Assembly (NCBI GenBank): GCA_012295275.1
Contig: CM022675.1
Coordinates: 682,001 to 746,000 of the forward strand
DNA: 64,000 nucleotides
Direction: 5' to 3'
DNA from: Chrysomallon squamiferum
Lineage: Eukaryota > Animalia > Mollusca
Each line of letters starts with the position of its first letter. The stretch's first letter is position 1. Made by a program: the position numbers and the translations under genes. Positions 38,068-51,341 of the stretch are shown here, one piece after another. Below the pieces are notes generated by a model that had not been told where the DNA came from, searched no databases, and worked only from the letters and a program-made list of their open reading frames with translations.

Positions 38068-39479
38068 TGTTATGAAATTTGAAACAGAGATATAATCTGT
38101 GAAACAGTATTACAACTGATTTTAGTTCCATATTCCAAAAATTTTAATTTTGATTAGTGGCCCATTCCTGAAATAAAATTCAATTTTTTATTTATTGATG
38201 TAAAAATTGTAAAAAAAAATAGCAATACAGAACTCTTTTTAAGTTGCTAAACCATTTCAAAAAAAAAAAAAATAATGTATATATTTGGTTTGTAATTAAT
38301 TCTTAAACTGATTGGGATAATTAATAGTCATAATAATTAATTTATATATTAACAAACATAATAAAATGTACATTTTGTTGGTTTTCTGTGTGTGTATATA
38401 TAGGTTATGTGGTTATGACTTTATTTTATCAACTAACATATGGGTTATGTTTAGGGTGTAAAGATTTAAACTTTTTATTTTGTTAGAGTTGTATTTCATT
38501 CCATTTTCATGCATATCTGGTTTCTGCTTCTTGAAAAGCAGTAGTGGAAATAGGTTTTAGGAAATGGGCACATGATGACATCTGTAATGTTAGAAAGAAT
38601 GGGGAGAAGATGCTATTTCTGAAAGATAAGTTAATATGCAGGATGAACCAAACCTCTAGCCCCATAGGACATGTATTTGACACTACAATTTTCATTTAAC
38701 ATTGATTAAACATAATATCAATTATTAATTAGTTTTGATATTTTTCAGATTGTTACATTATGGCAGCTAAATCAGTAGCTTACAATTTAAGTGCTAAATT
38801 ATAATATAAAAAAAAAAAAAATGTGTGACATTAGTAACAAACACTTCCATGCTTAGAAATGTACAAATGGCTTGCATTGAATCCATTAGAAAATGAATGG
38901 AAGTAAATGGATGCCATTATGAAGAAATATTATAAATCATAAATTAAGTAATAGTAATAGTTGATAATTTACATTTAAAAAATTTGTACTGTGTATCTTT
39001 TATATTTTTCGTCTGGGACAAGACTTTTGGGCCACCCTGTATGTGTTGTTTATGAGAGCTGATTTAAATTTCCAAATTGCAATTAGAGAAAATAGTTAAT
39101 TGCTGAGCAAGGATAGCTAATAAATGTGTGATTTCAAACTAGAGGAGAAACTGGAATAAACTGGAGACTAAACAAAAGTGGAATGTTGTCTGCATGTGTA
39201 TACTCCACCAATTCCATCACTAGTGAAGTATGATTGGTCAGTGGATCATTCCTTGGTGTGTACAGTTTTCAAAGATGTTAATAAACTATTCTGATACTCT
39301 AGCTGGGACTGTGAATACCCTAGCATGCTGGTACTGGCAAACCTAACCTGTGGTCTGGCATTGATATGCCATTCAGTTATAACTCTAGAGCTACTGCTGT
39401 AGAACCATTTAAATACATTATGTTAAAAACAATTTAGCTGCAAAAATGAACATCAATTTAACATATTGATGTTGTCAGT

Positions 39480-40615
39480 TGTTCTCATGACTTGCAATAG
39501 TCTTTGTTGTAGGTGGTGACATAGTATCTCTCTTTGCAGCTGACACACATCTCTTCATATGTGCAGTATACACTCTACTGGTACATCTTCAAACCAGTGA
39601 GTATTACAACAGTTGTAGCCAAAGATACACAGCTACCAGTGACTTGGGTATAATCCTTACAATGAGTAGATGTTTTCACTGAGCAGTGAATAAACCAATC
39701 TCATCAGTGATGATGTGCTCATTTCCCATTTACCAGCACCTGCACATTGTAACTGAGCTTTACTTTATTCTGTAGCTGGTTGTGGAATGTCCAGTTGACA
39801 TTTGGACCATCCACTGACTCACAGAGTGAATGCGTTTGCAAGATCTGGTTTGTCAGTTGAAGACAAGAAATCCTGCACAAAATCCTCTGAACATCCATTT
39901 CAAATGCAAACTGCTGTCACACAGACACAGAGATGCAGTTGCTGCTCATCCAGTGACAAACAAGGAGGTCCATCTGTTTACCCTTGGTGATTGAATTGCA
40001 AGAGAACAATTTTTCTGTCACTAAACCAGATTCTTTATATATATATATATTTTTTTTCTTTTCTTCCTTGGATGAAGAAGTGAGGTACATTAAAACCTTT
40101 CTTCCATCTGATCCATTACAATCAGTATCTGACAGAAAGGTTACTAAAACTCTTGGCTTGACACAGCAAACACCTTTATAGAGTTCCTCTTCTTACAGCT
40201 TGAGAATGTGGCATGTTCAGCCAATGTTTGGCACACTTTCATAATGTGGCACCATATAAAATAATCCTTGTTGATGGGAAGTTGGATTTGAATGGGCCAC
40301 ATTTTAATTTTTATTTTTATTTATTTATTTATTTGATTTTAAAGAACTTGATAATGTCAAAGTTTTGTGCTGACTCAGTTTTTTCAAAGTTTTTATCAGT
40401 GTCAGTTGATTTGGTGCAGATACAGGTTTAGTTTCAGTAAAATAGTTCAGTTTATAAAACTGCAGACCCCATAATATTTAGTACTAACTGAAATTTGTTG
40501 TTTGTTTGATCATCAAACTGGAATTGTTTTCAAGAGAGAAATGGTAACTGAGTTGCCTGCATCCTATCCTGCACAGATCTTCATATCATCTTTAACTGGC
40601 TGGGAATCACATCTG
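39480..40615 (-). mobile_element. Decayed hAT-like DNA transposase remnant
   Basis: Minus-strand fragments in colinear order: NSITKGKQMDLLVCHW (~39950-39997), VDGPNVNWTFHNQL (~39775-39814), HWFEDVPV (~39576-39599); these resemble the KQMD, MDGPNVNW and RWLENVPV motifs of invertebrate hAT-like transposases; many stops and indels. Confidence 0.6.
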
Positions 40616-40860
40616 AAATGATAAGAATAAAAGGATACATGATGTCAGTTTAATCCTATAGTATTAAAATTTATGTATTTATTTATTTATTTATTCTAAT
40701 TTTTAAAATTATTTGTGTTTTATTTATATTTTATTATTATTTTTTTTACATTGTTCAGTGAATGAATAAAACAAATAATTATTGCATCTCAGTATATTTG
40801 AATATTAATTATTACCATGCATGATATTTTGTATAATTTCTCAGTTGGCAACAGATTAGC

Positions 40861-40992
40861 AACAAGAGATTTTTATATTTACCTTCCCATAGATTGGCAA
40901 GTATGGCATTCTTTTTAAAACACATTAGGAACAAGAGATTTTTATATTTACCTTCCCATAGATTGGCACGTATGGCATTCTTTTTAAAACAC
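40861..40992. repeat. 69-bp tandem duplication
   Basis: AACAAGAGATTTTTATATTTACCTTCCCATAGATTGGCA..TTTTTAAAACAC twice. Confidence 0.88.
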
Positions 40993-41102
40993 CTTGCAGT
41001 CTGGTTATTAAATGTCAAAATACTTTAGAGAATGGAGCTCCAGTTTGGAATGGGAATACAATTTATTTGAAATCGAGTTACTAACAGAAGTTTGTGGTAT
41101 CC

Positions 41103-41140
<38 letters not shown>

Positions 41141-41235
41141 ATTGTTTACTAATTGTATTTTAAAAATGTTTTGTGCAATATATTTTGTATAATGTTAATA
41201 AATTAGCTAAATATTTAAGACTTCTGTCGTTTATT

Positions 41236-41277
<42 letters not shown>

Positions 41278-43550
41278 TTATTAATTTCACTGAAACTACG
41301 TGGTAAAATACAAACAGCCATTAAATATCTAAACATTATACTAATATATATATATATTACGATTAGCAGCAAGTGATTGTTATATGTTCCTTCCTCCAGA
41401 CAGGTAAACACCTATCAAGGTATTTTGGAATAATCAGACGCCGAGCACTATCTGGAACGTGAAATTATTCTAATACACATCATATGTTAGTCCTGTAATC
41501 CAAACTATTAACCTAGTTCCAATAGTAATAGACGTCATTGACCCTAGAAAAAAAAGGGTTACGTCAGATATGACGTAACAGATGTTCTCACTTTCATCCA
41601 TTATCTCAGGATCTCTATCGTCTTTCTCAAGAATGGATCACTTGTAATTTTATCTTTTGCTACACTCCTGAAGACTGGAAGTTCAGCGACCTTTTCAAAG
41701 TGAGTTTAAAAATATTGTTAAATAATATAATAAATGGGCCTTATTTATTTATTATTATTATTATTATGTGTTTTTGTTTTTGTTAATTTTTGTTGAAATT
41801 TAATTACCGAAGATAAGTTAGGAAAATGAATAATATAAAATCAAGAATAAACATATTATTTGTTTGACGTCTATTACTTTTAAGGACACGTAAAATATTT
41901 TGTTCATTCATTTGTTTGTTTATTTATTTATATATTTATATATTTATTTATTTTTCTTCTCTGCATTATATTTGTATAAATGTTTCGTTACATTTCGTTT
42001 AGTGAATTATTAAAATGAAACTAAAACTGAGGCGTGGATATTTTAATATGACATTTTTGTTCTTGACCTAATTAAATGGTTAAAACCTGTTGAACCAATT
42101 AGCAGACAGTAAGTCTAAAATTTTAATATCTGTATGAAATATGTTTAAAACGAAATTGTTTTAAAGTTAGTTTTAACTGCTTTGGGTGTCTAATTTCCTA
42201 ACAATAGAAACTGTAATCATAAAAACAATAACACAAATGTGCCATCTTCTCTAATTGCCGTGGCAATCATGACGTCATCTCGTTGATTCAAGGTTTATTA
42301 GTTGTATTTAATTCGTTCGTTGTCAGAGAAATATCTCTTTAAGTAGGTAGAGAGTAACACGAAATTACAAAGGTGTTCAATACAAGTAGTTGTAGCAGTA
42401 GTAGTAGTAGTAGTCGTCGTCATAGTAGTAGTAGTAGTAGGGAAGATGATAAAATATTAGAAAAAGTGAATATATTTTGATTCTTTTTTTTTTTCTTTTT
42501 TTCTTCTCTTTGGTTGTTATTTATTTATTTGTTTATTTATTTAATTATTTATTTATTCATTTTTATTTATTTATTTATTTATTTCCAGCTGAAATTGAGC
42601 AGATATAGCGAAGACTGTCTATGATGGATCCTATTCTTTGCTTTGGAGACCTTATTGCCAAAGAATGAAAGTTTGAAAACATTGGCCCCGAGATGAAATA
42701 TATCCCTTCCCATGAACAATAGTTAGGATTATTATAAACAGCGGTTTATTCCTGAAACTGACTTTTTAATGATATCTGAATTATACAGTCTATCATTGCC
42801 CCTAGATTCTTTAATGTTATTTATTTATAAATTTATTTCTGAAGTATCATACTCCATGATGTAAACTTAGTGGGACAGATCAGTATTTTAACACATGAGA
42901 AATATTTTTGCGTATGACTTTAAATATAATTGAATTACATGTTTTCTAGCAGGTGATGACTGTTTGCATTAAACCAAAATTAAATAATAACTTAAAAGGA
43001 TTCTTCAGAAAGTGACTGTTGATTAACGAGAATTAGGATAAAAATTACAATGGATAATCCTGACTTTGAACAACTGATACTCGATCGTTTTTAAGTATAC
43101 GACTTACCGTGGTTCCTAGATATTAATGGCGACATCTTAATGGTGGTTTAATTCACCACGACTCCTTCTTGGGAGACTGCTGTTTAACGACAGTTAGGAT
43201 ATAATGTATGAAAGTGATTGCTGGCTCCTCACCTGATGATGGAATGTCCTGTTAAAAAGAAACTGCTTATTAGCTTCAAGTTAAATGAAAACTGCCGTGG
43301 TTCTTCTGTTACCTGTTGTCGATGTAGACTCAAAGTCAAGTCTCCGATTTGAAAATGGATTCTTCCTTAAGAAGAGTTGAAGACATAATCGACAATAGTT
43401 GTTTTCTGGGAATGACTGCTAGACAACACCTGAAGGATAATACAAAGTACCGTGGCTACTTGTGGCATGTGAATGTTTTTTAACAGATGTTGAGGATGTG
43501 TCGTATTATGGATCCTAGTTGAAGTTTCAGTGAGAAGTGAGGACGAGGAC

Positions 43551-44669
43551 ATGACAACCACGTCGCTGAACTTCTCACAGCTGAACTGTGACTTACCCTA
43601 CGGGTTCTACCCGCCTCCGTTTTACAGCAAACCAGTCAGAATGCTGATCACGTCAGTGCTGACGTTGTTTCTCCTCGTGTGTGTGAGCGGCAACCTCGTG
43701 CTAATCGCTGCCATCTCGACCAGCAAGTTAATCAAGTCTAGAACCAACATGTTCGTGACGTCACTCGCCGTGGCAGACCTGGGCGTGGCTGTTCTCGTGA
43801 TGCCGTTCGGCATCTACCAGCAGGCCACGAACAAGAAATGGCTGCTGGGAGAAACGACGTGCCTCGTTGCCACCAGCCTGGACGTGATGTTGTGCACGGT
43901 GTCGATACTTCACCTGAGCTGTCTGGCTGTGGACCGCTACCTCGCGATCTGTCACCCGTTCTACAACGAGTCGTTGACGACGCGCTACTCCATTGTGATG
44001 ATCGCAGTCTGCTGGACAGCTCCACTTTTTATCTCTTTTCTCCCACTCATGAACAGGTGGAATACCATCGGCCTGGAGGAAATGTTGCAGTGTGCTCAGA
44101 TGCCCAAACACACCTGCGTCTTCGTCGTCAACGCCGAGTTCGCTTACGTCGGCTCCATCATCGCCTTCTACATTCCGACCTGCTTCATGTGCTACTGCTA
44201 CTGGCGGATCTACCTGTGCGCGCGGACGCAGAGGCTGCACATTCGCCGCATGAGCTCGTCGTTCATGCTGCAGCACCAGAAGAAGGAGAGAAAAGCCGCG
44301 AAGACTCTCGGCATCGTGATGGGCTGTTTCTGCGTGTGCTGGTTCCCCTTCTTCATCTTCAACGTCGTCGACCCTCTCGTTCGTTACAAAATCCCTTACG
44401 TTCCGTGGACCGTGGCGCTCTGGCTTGGCTACGTCAACTCGTTGATGAACCCGTTTCTGTATTACACTTTCAACAGACACTACAGGAACGGTTTCCGCAA
44501 GATGCTGTGTCATGCGAGGGAACGCTCCTCCGTGACGCAGCTTCAGACTTCCGTTACATACGTACTCAGCCAGGGACCGGCTCACTTCCTTCACAGAGCT
44601 GCTTCCGCGCAGCCTCACGTTCGGCCACGACTGCGCCCCGTCCCTCGCGTTGGAACAAAGACCACGTGA
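43551..44669 (+). CDS. R1: intronless 5-HT4-like aminergic GPCR
   Basis: 7 TM; SLAVAD, D3.32 in SLDVMLC, DRY, AFYIP, KAAKTL, CWFPFF, WLGYVNS..NPFLY; first ATG at 43551. Confidence 0.93.
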   Translation: MTTTSLNFSQLNCDLPYGFYPPPFYSKPVRMLITSVLTLFLLVCVSGNLVLIAAISTSKLIKSRTNMFVTSLAVADLGVAVLVMPFGIYQQATNKKWLLGETTCLVATSLDVMLCTVSILHLSCLAVDRYLAICHPFYNESLTTRYSIVMIAVCWTAPLFISFLPLMNRWNTIGLEEMLQCAQMPKHTCVFVVNAEFAYVGSIIAFYIPTCFMCYCYWRIYLCARTQRLHIRRMSSSFMLQHQKKERKAAKTLGIVMGCFCVCWFPFFIFNVVDPLVRYKIPYVPWTVALWLGYVNSLMNPFLYYTFNRHYRNGFRKMLCHARERSSVTQLQTSVTYVLSQGPAHFLHRAASAQPHVRPRLRPVPRVGTKTT

Positions 44670-44918
44670 AACACAGATAATTACTACGAATGCTCTTGGA
44701 GTTATCTAATAATTATCATTATTTCAGAATCCTCGTTCCTATGTGTGTGTGTTTGGAAATTTCCATAGATAAATTCATTATTAGGAGGTTTTCACTTTAG
44801 TCATACACAACTGTACTGATACTAATATGATTTAGCCGATGTGTTAGTAAATGCTCATGTGACTTATTATTATTATTATTATTTAGTTTGTTTGTTTTTG
44901 TTTCGCAATTATTTTATA

Positions 44919-44984
<66 letters not shown>

Positions 44985-45484
44985 AATATCTCTTAGACAA
45001 TACACATACACGTACGTGTCTAAATAGGCCCACTTAGAAATCAAAATTCTACGCTTTTCATTTAACGCACAAAGGTGTCTTTCCGTGGCGGATATACTGA
45101 CAGTATGTAACTGGATATATATTTTTTTTATCAACTAACCTAAAACCGTCCCATGTATCTGTTAAAAATCTCTGATATCTATGAAAAAATATTAGTGCAG
45201 TGTAAATAGAAATCGCGCGAATGACACTCAAAATGGAAAAGAAAAACAATTATCGAGACTACAGTTATGAAGAAACAAATGATCGAGACATAGCAACTGT
45301 AGCTAATAGGGATTAAAGGTTTCTGTTACTGTTCAGGTACGCTTGGGATCTACAGTACTTACACTAGAAAGTTTTAAAATGTTCTTACCATGTTGAACAT
45401 AGACATTAGTTATATTTTACGTAAATATTCGGCTGGTTTATAAACTTATAATGATAAATGTATAATTTTTTTTTTTTTTTTTTA

Positions 45485-45571
<87 letters not shown>

Positions 45572-46252
45572 TTTATTTATTGGTTCCTTTTAATATTATA
45601 TCAACAGAGTTGAAAAGAATAAGGATTATGTTATTTGACGTATATTTTTTATTCGATTACCTCCCTTTCATTTAACGTAGCGTATTGGTGGTCTGATAAA
45701 CGTATAAAAAACGTGGATAGACACACATACACACACACATACAGACACACACAAACACACACACACAGAGACACGCTCGATAAATACTCTATGTGACTAG
45801 CAGACATTGGTATTTAATACATACCTTCCCATAGTCTGTTGATTTCATTTCACAGTTTCTGATAAGACCGTCACTGACTGAACAGGAGAAAAGGGCAACT
45901 GAAGCTCTAAGAAGGCTTGAACTTGTGTCCGCATATTTATTTATTTATTTGTAGTTATTGTAATATACGTATATTACACACATACATATATACATACATA
46001 CTTACATCCGTTTATCTTTCTAACATGTTGAAACTTAATCTGTATATGGCTAGAGTCATATAATATTGTATTATACTAATATCATTTTTGTTGAGTTTCT
46101 TTTTGTATTTTCGTGTGTGTTTTTTTTTTTTTCGTTTTTAATTACACTATAAAATTAATAAAAGCCGTAACGAGCAGTGTAAATTCAGCATAAGTAAGTC
46201 AACAAAATAAAATATTATAAAATAAAATAAAATTAAAACGTATTTGTCTATA

Positions 46253-46356
<104 letters not shown>

Positions 46357-46689
46357 GCTTTACATAAAACAGAATATGCATTTCAGTAAAAGGATAATTT
46401 TTACATGTTATAAAATAATGACAAGAACACCACAGACACCAAAGAAATAAATATATTAACGTAAAATTAATTTATACAAAATCAGTTATTCACTTCTTTG
46501 TTGAAGGAAAGACAAAGTCTCGAGTCTTTTGATTTTATCAGATTAGAAATTGTTGAATCATTTCTGTTGTTTGTATCAGACTAATGGATGGTGAAGTAAA
46601 TGGAAATATCAGAAAAGAATCTCTGGGTGTAATTATATCAGTCCAAATAGATGAAAAATCACTGAATGGTTTGTTATGTCAGAAATCTT

Positions 46690-47542
46690 TGAATTATCAG
46701 TTTTCATCACAGGATAAATAGTTGAATTTCTTGGTTTTCATCACAAATTGAATTACATTTTTTTTAAATCTCAAGATAAATAGTTGAATTATTTGTTTTA
46801 TCACAAGATAAATAGTTGAATTATTTGCTTTCATCACAAGATATATATTTGAATTACTTGTTTTCACCACAAAGATAAATATTTGAATTATTTGTTTTCA
46901 TTACAAGATAAATATTTGAATTAGTTGTTTTCATCACAAGTTGAATATTTGAATTATTTGCTTTCATCACAAGATAAATATTTGAATTAGTTGTTTTATT
47001 CACAAGTTAAATATTTGATTTATTTGTTTTCATCACAAGAAAAATATTTGAATTACTTGTTTTTATCACAAGATCAATATTTGAATTACTTGTTTTCATC
47101 ACAAGATAAATATCTGAATTACTTGTTTTCGTCACAAGATAAATATTTGAATTACTCGTTTTCATCACAAGATAAATATTTGAATTACTCGTTTTCAATC
47201 ACAAGATGAATGTTTGAATTACTTGCTTTCATCACAAGATGAATGTTTGAATTACTTGCTTTCATCACAAGATGAATGTTTGAATTACTTGCTTTCATCA
47301 CAAGATGAATGTTTGAATTACTCGTTTTCAATCACAAGATGAATGTTTGAATTACTTGCTTTCATCACAAGATGAATGTTTGAATTACTTGCTTTCATCA
47401 CAAGATGAATGTTTGAATTACTTGCTTTCATCACAAGATGAATGTTTGAATTACTCGTTTTCAATCACAAGATGAATGTTTGAATTACTTGCTTTCATCA
47501 CAAGATGAATGTTTGAATTACTTGCTTTCATCACAAGATGAA
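46690..47542. repeat. 33-bp minisatellite (CAAGATGAATGTTTGAATTACTTGCTTTCATCA) overlapping the R2 stop
   Basis: About 25 units; homogeneous from 47200, more diverged toward 46690. Confidence 0.93.
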
Positions 47543-48666
47543 CGTATTTCACTTATCAGATCCGAAGAGGATTCCCTGGGGTACTGTGGTACATTCAGCG
47601 TTGAACTAGCTGTAGTGCGTGTTTGCGCGTCACGTGACGAGTTCGTCTTCGTTTTTGAAGTGGCCCCCGTGTGGGTGTGTGACGTGTCCGTTACTTCAGA
47701 CTGGACTCGTTTCAGATACGCCTCACAGCAGATGAATTTTCGCATACTGTGCCTGAAGGTGCTGTTGAACTTGTAATACAAAAACGGGTTCATCATGGAG
47801 TTAATGTAACCCAGCCACAGGGCCACAGTCCAGGGTATGTACGGTATCTGGTACCCTATCACCGGGTCGATTAAGTTAAACACAAAAAACGGGAACCAGC
47901 ACAGACTGAAACATCCCATGATGATGCCGAGAGTTTTTGCCGCTTTTGTTTCTCTCTCCTGTGTATGAGTGAGTTTTTTTATCTCTCTAAACTGCCTCCG
48001 TGCGCACTGATAAATCTTCCAGTAACAATAAGTCATAAATACTACAGGAATATAAAAAGCGATAGAGGAGCAAATGAAGGCAAACTCCTTGTTGACAAAG
48101 AACACACAGACGTTTTCTGGAGGAAGAACGCACGAGATAAAATCTTCTATTCCGATAGTGTTCCACTTGTTCATAATGGGAACGAACGATATAAAGACGG
48201 GAATCAACCACGACATACATATGATAGCTACGACATGTCTAACAGTCATTTTCACATGAAGAAACGGGTGAATGATGGCCAGGTACCTGTCGATACAGAG
48301 GGCGCTCAGGTGAAATATGGAAACGGTGCAGAACATGACATCGAGGCTGGTCGTTACGAGACAGAACGTTTCTCCCAGGTACCAGTACTTGTTCGTGTAC
48401 TGCTGGTAAATCGCGAACGGCATCACCAGGACGCCCACGCCGATGTCGGCGACGGCGAGAGAGATTACGAAAGCAATCGTGCGAGTTCGGAGTCGCTCGG
48501 TTCTGCTCACGGACAGTATGAGAGTCGCGTTTCCCGCAATGCAGACGAACTGGAAGCAGCAGAGGACGACGGTTATAAGGACCCGGATCTGAAAGTCGTA
48601 CTCAGGAGGTGGTGGCGCCGAATTGGCCAAGATTTCCAAACAGTCCATGTCAGCAATGTCTACCAT
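47518..48666 (-). CDS. R2: intronless 5-HT4-like aminergic GPCR
   Basis: 7 TM; SLDVMFC, DRY, WNTIGI, CSSIAFYIP, ETKAAKTL, WLGYINSMMNPFLY; ATG at 48666 (alternative 48648). Confidence 0.94.
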   Translation of the reverse strand: MVDIADMDCLEILANSAPPPPEYDFQIRVLITVVLCCFQFVCIAGNATLILSVSRTERLRTRTIAFVISLAVADIGVGVLVMPFAIYQQYTNKYWYLGETFCLVTTSLDVMFCTVSIFHLSALCIDRYLAIIHPFLHVKMTVRHVVAIICMSWLIPVFISFVPIMNKWNTIGIEDFISCVLPPENVCVFFVNKEFAFICSSIAFYIPVVFMTYCYWKIYQCARRQFREIKKLTHTQERETKAAKTLGIIMGCFSLCWFPFFVFNLIDPVIGYQIPYIPWTVALWLGYINSMMNPFLYYKFNSTFRHSMRKFICCEAYLKRVQSEVTDTSHTHTGATSKTKTNSSRDAQTRTTASSTLNVPQYPRESSSDLISEIRSSCDESK

Positions 48667-49542
48667 TTTGACCTTGACCGTGACCAAATGTTATCCGTAT
48701 AATTGATGTACCGCAAAATGATTTAGAAATTTTAGTCCAACGAAACTGATCCGCTTCGTAAAGGTCTGACACCTAATTTCGAGTTATGCTTCTTATACGA
48801 CGAAATCGTACGTATTTAGAAATGATGTTTTGCTGTTTAGCTGTGGCTAACACGTTTGAAATAATGGTGGAGTTTTCTGGTTTTTGAAGATAAGTTAAGT
48901 TCCCTTTATGTGGATTTTTCACTTAAATGAACAAATAACTTTCGAAATTATGACTTGTATTCCTCTAAATATAAAAGTTATCTATTTCTTAGATTTTTTA
49001 TCGGTTTTGACTAGAGTAGTTGATTTTTTCCCATTAACTTCATGTTGAAGAATTAATGACAGCCATAACCGATCTGGTTAATTTACAAAGAAAACAGAAT
49101 ACAGTGATCATCCAAAGTTAAAAACCAAAAACCAACGAGAAAATAAAATCAGCTGTCCAAAATAGACCTCTGATTTTGCCATTAAGCAAATGTCATAGAT
49201 TCGTAAAACGAAAATTCCATTTTTCACGTGTTTTTTTTCTTTCTTAATCTTATAGCGTTAATTCAAAGATTTACTGTGATAATTCAAAGTTCTGTGTACG
49301 TGATATACGTGATCCGTAAACTGTCTTCATCGGCTGAAAAATTTAATTTTAAACTTATCAAAATATTTCAGTAAATAAAATAAATTAAAATAAAGTAAGT
49401 AAGTAAGCAAGTAAAATAAATTAAAATAAAATACTGAACTGTTTAAAATTACGAAACGGAAAAACGCATTAAATTTTATGTTTATCTTAGATCTCATAAA
49501 ACATATATATATATCTGCAAAATTATTATTATTATTATTATT

Positions 49543-49583
<41 letters not shown>

Positions 49584-49744
49584 CGTCGTTGTATTTCTCG
49601 TTGTAATTGTAATTATTATCATTGTTGTCATTGCTGTTGTTGTTGTGGTTGTTGTTTCTGCGATCGATGTTGGTAATGACGAATCGAATAAAAACAAACA
49701 AAAAAAAAAACAGAAGGGAAAAAAAAAGAGGATAATAGCACCAG

Positions 49745-49806
49745 GAGCAGAAGAGGTAGCAGTAGCAGCAGCTGTAGCAGTAGTAACAGTAGTAGCTGTA
49801 GTAGCT

Positions 49807-49839
<33 letters not shown>

Positions 49840-50292
49840 CCAGTAATAATAGCAGTAATAATAGTAGTAGTAGCAGTAGTAGTAGCAGTAGCTGCAGTAA
49901 TAGTAGCATTAGTAATAGTAACAAGATTAATAGTAGTACTAGTACTAGTACTAGTAATAGTAACAGTCTTAATAGTAGTAGTAGCAGTAGTAGTAGTAGT
50001 AGCAGCAGCAGTAGTAATAGTATTTGTATTATTACTAGTAACTGTAGCAGTAATATGCCTAGTATTAGTTGTGACAGTAGTAATAGTAGTTGTAGTAATA
50101 GTAGAAGTAGTAGTAACAGTAATAGTAGTAGTAGTAATAGTAGTAGTAATAGTAGTAGTAATATAAGTAGTAATAGTGGTAGTAATATAAGTAGTAGTAG
50201 TAGTAGTAGTAGCTGCGGTAGTAGTGGTAGTGGTAGTACTAGTAGTGTTTTGTGGTAGTAGTAGTATTAATAATAGTAGTAGTAGTAGTAGT
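49745..50292. repeat. Degenerate (AGT/AGC)n trinucleotide tract
   Basis: Continuous GTA-based repeat; source of Thr/Val/Leu homopolymer ORFs. Confidence 0.9.
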
Positions 50293-51110
50293 ATCGAAGC
50301 CAAATGTCAACGAAAGACTGAATTATCTTGAAAATCTTAAAATTCACCTTTTTACTGGATTTGTTGAAAGTACCAGAAGCAATTCCTCTATGAAATTTTA
50401 TGTTTCTATCACCAGTTTAATTATTAAAAGCTGTTTATAATGTCTGTTCTGCCTATTATTAGGCCCGTTCAATCAAAAAAGAATTCTAACATAATACTCT
50501 AAAAAATCTACTGGATTTGCTCATCTGCTAAAAACACAAACAGTTATTAATTAACCTAATTTAAAAGAAAACAAAAATTAATAAATTATTAGTTTACATT
50601 ATGATTTTCTACAGAAACGATTGCAGACGTCAAACAATAAACTAAAATTAAATAAATAAAAATATAGAAAATTGTGAACGTAAAATCTCCCGAAGACAGT
50701 GCAGTAACCATGGAAATAGTTGTAATTATTATGGTTACATAACTTTACACGCTTTATAAATGACCCCTGTTGATGAAACTGACAAGGAAATAAATTTAAC
50801 ATTACCATCAATTTGTTATCTCCGTCTCTTTCCGTCAATGCGGTGAATTGCGTCTTTGAAAAGCCCGTTTCATCCGAACTCTTGGTTCTTAGGAAACATC
50901 AGTTTTAAACAGTTTTATATAATCTAATAGCATTTTTATCTATGTCTTGTGTTTTGACAAGTGGTTTTCTATTATCTGTCTGAGCATAGCGTGACGGTGA
51001 TGTCATATATCGGTCTTTGATGACGTCACTCATAAAGCATCCCCTAAACGCCGAATGGGTTAGAGACGTTTTCACCCGTAACTTTTGTGTGTGTGTGTGT
51101 GTGTGTGTGT

Positions 51111-51181
<71 letters not shown>

Positions 51182-51195
51182 CAGTGTTCATTTCG

Positions 51196-51240
<45 letters not shown>

Positions 51241-51341
51241 TTATTGATGTTGTTGTTGTTTAATGTTTAAAGATATATTACACAAATAATACACATAGAT
51301 ATATACATATTTATTTCATAAATATTCTTTTTTCAAAAGTT

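Noticed and set aside
28045-38070. Short Ile/Tyr/Cys-Val/Asn-rich ORFs in WDR37 introns and downstream
   Set aside because: Translations of (ATT)n, (CA)n and (TTTA)n microsatellites
40629-40638. Second U12-like donor (GTATCCTTTT, minus strand)
   Set aside because: No adjoining exon or matching branch site identified; lies at the edge of the transposon remnant
41660-41700. Hammerhead-like CTGAAGA followed by a short stem
   Set aside because: Followed by CGACC, not the required GAAA; no stems I and III
49494-50303. 269-aa Thr-rich mucin-like ORF with apparent signal peptide
   Set aside because: Translation of an (AGT)n tract that is open in several frames; starts at a non-ATG codon; no splice or domain support
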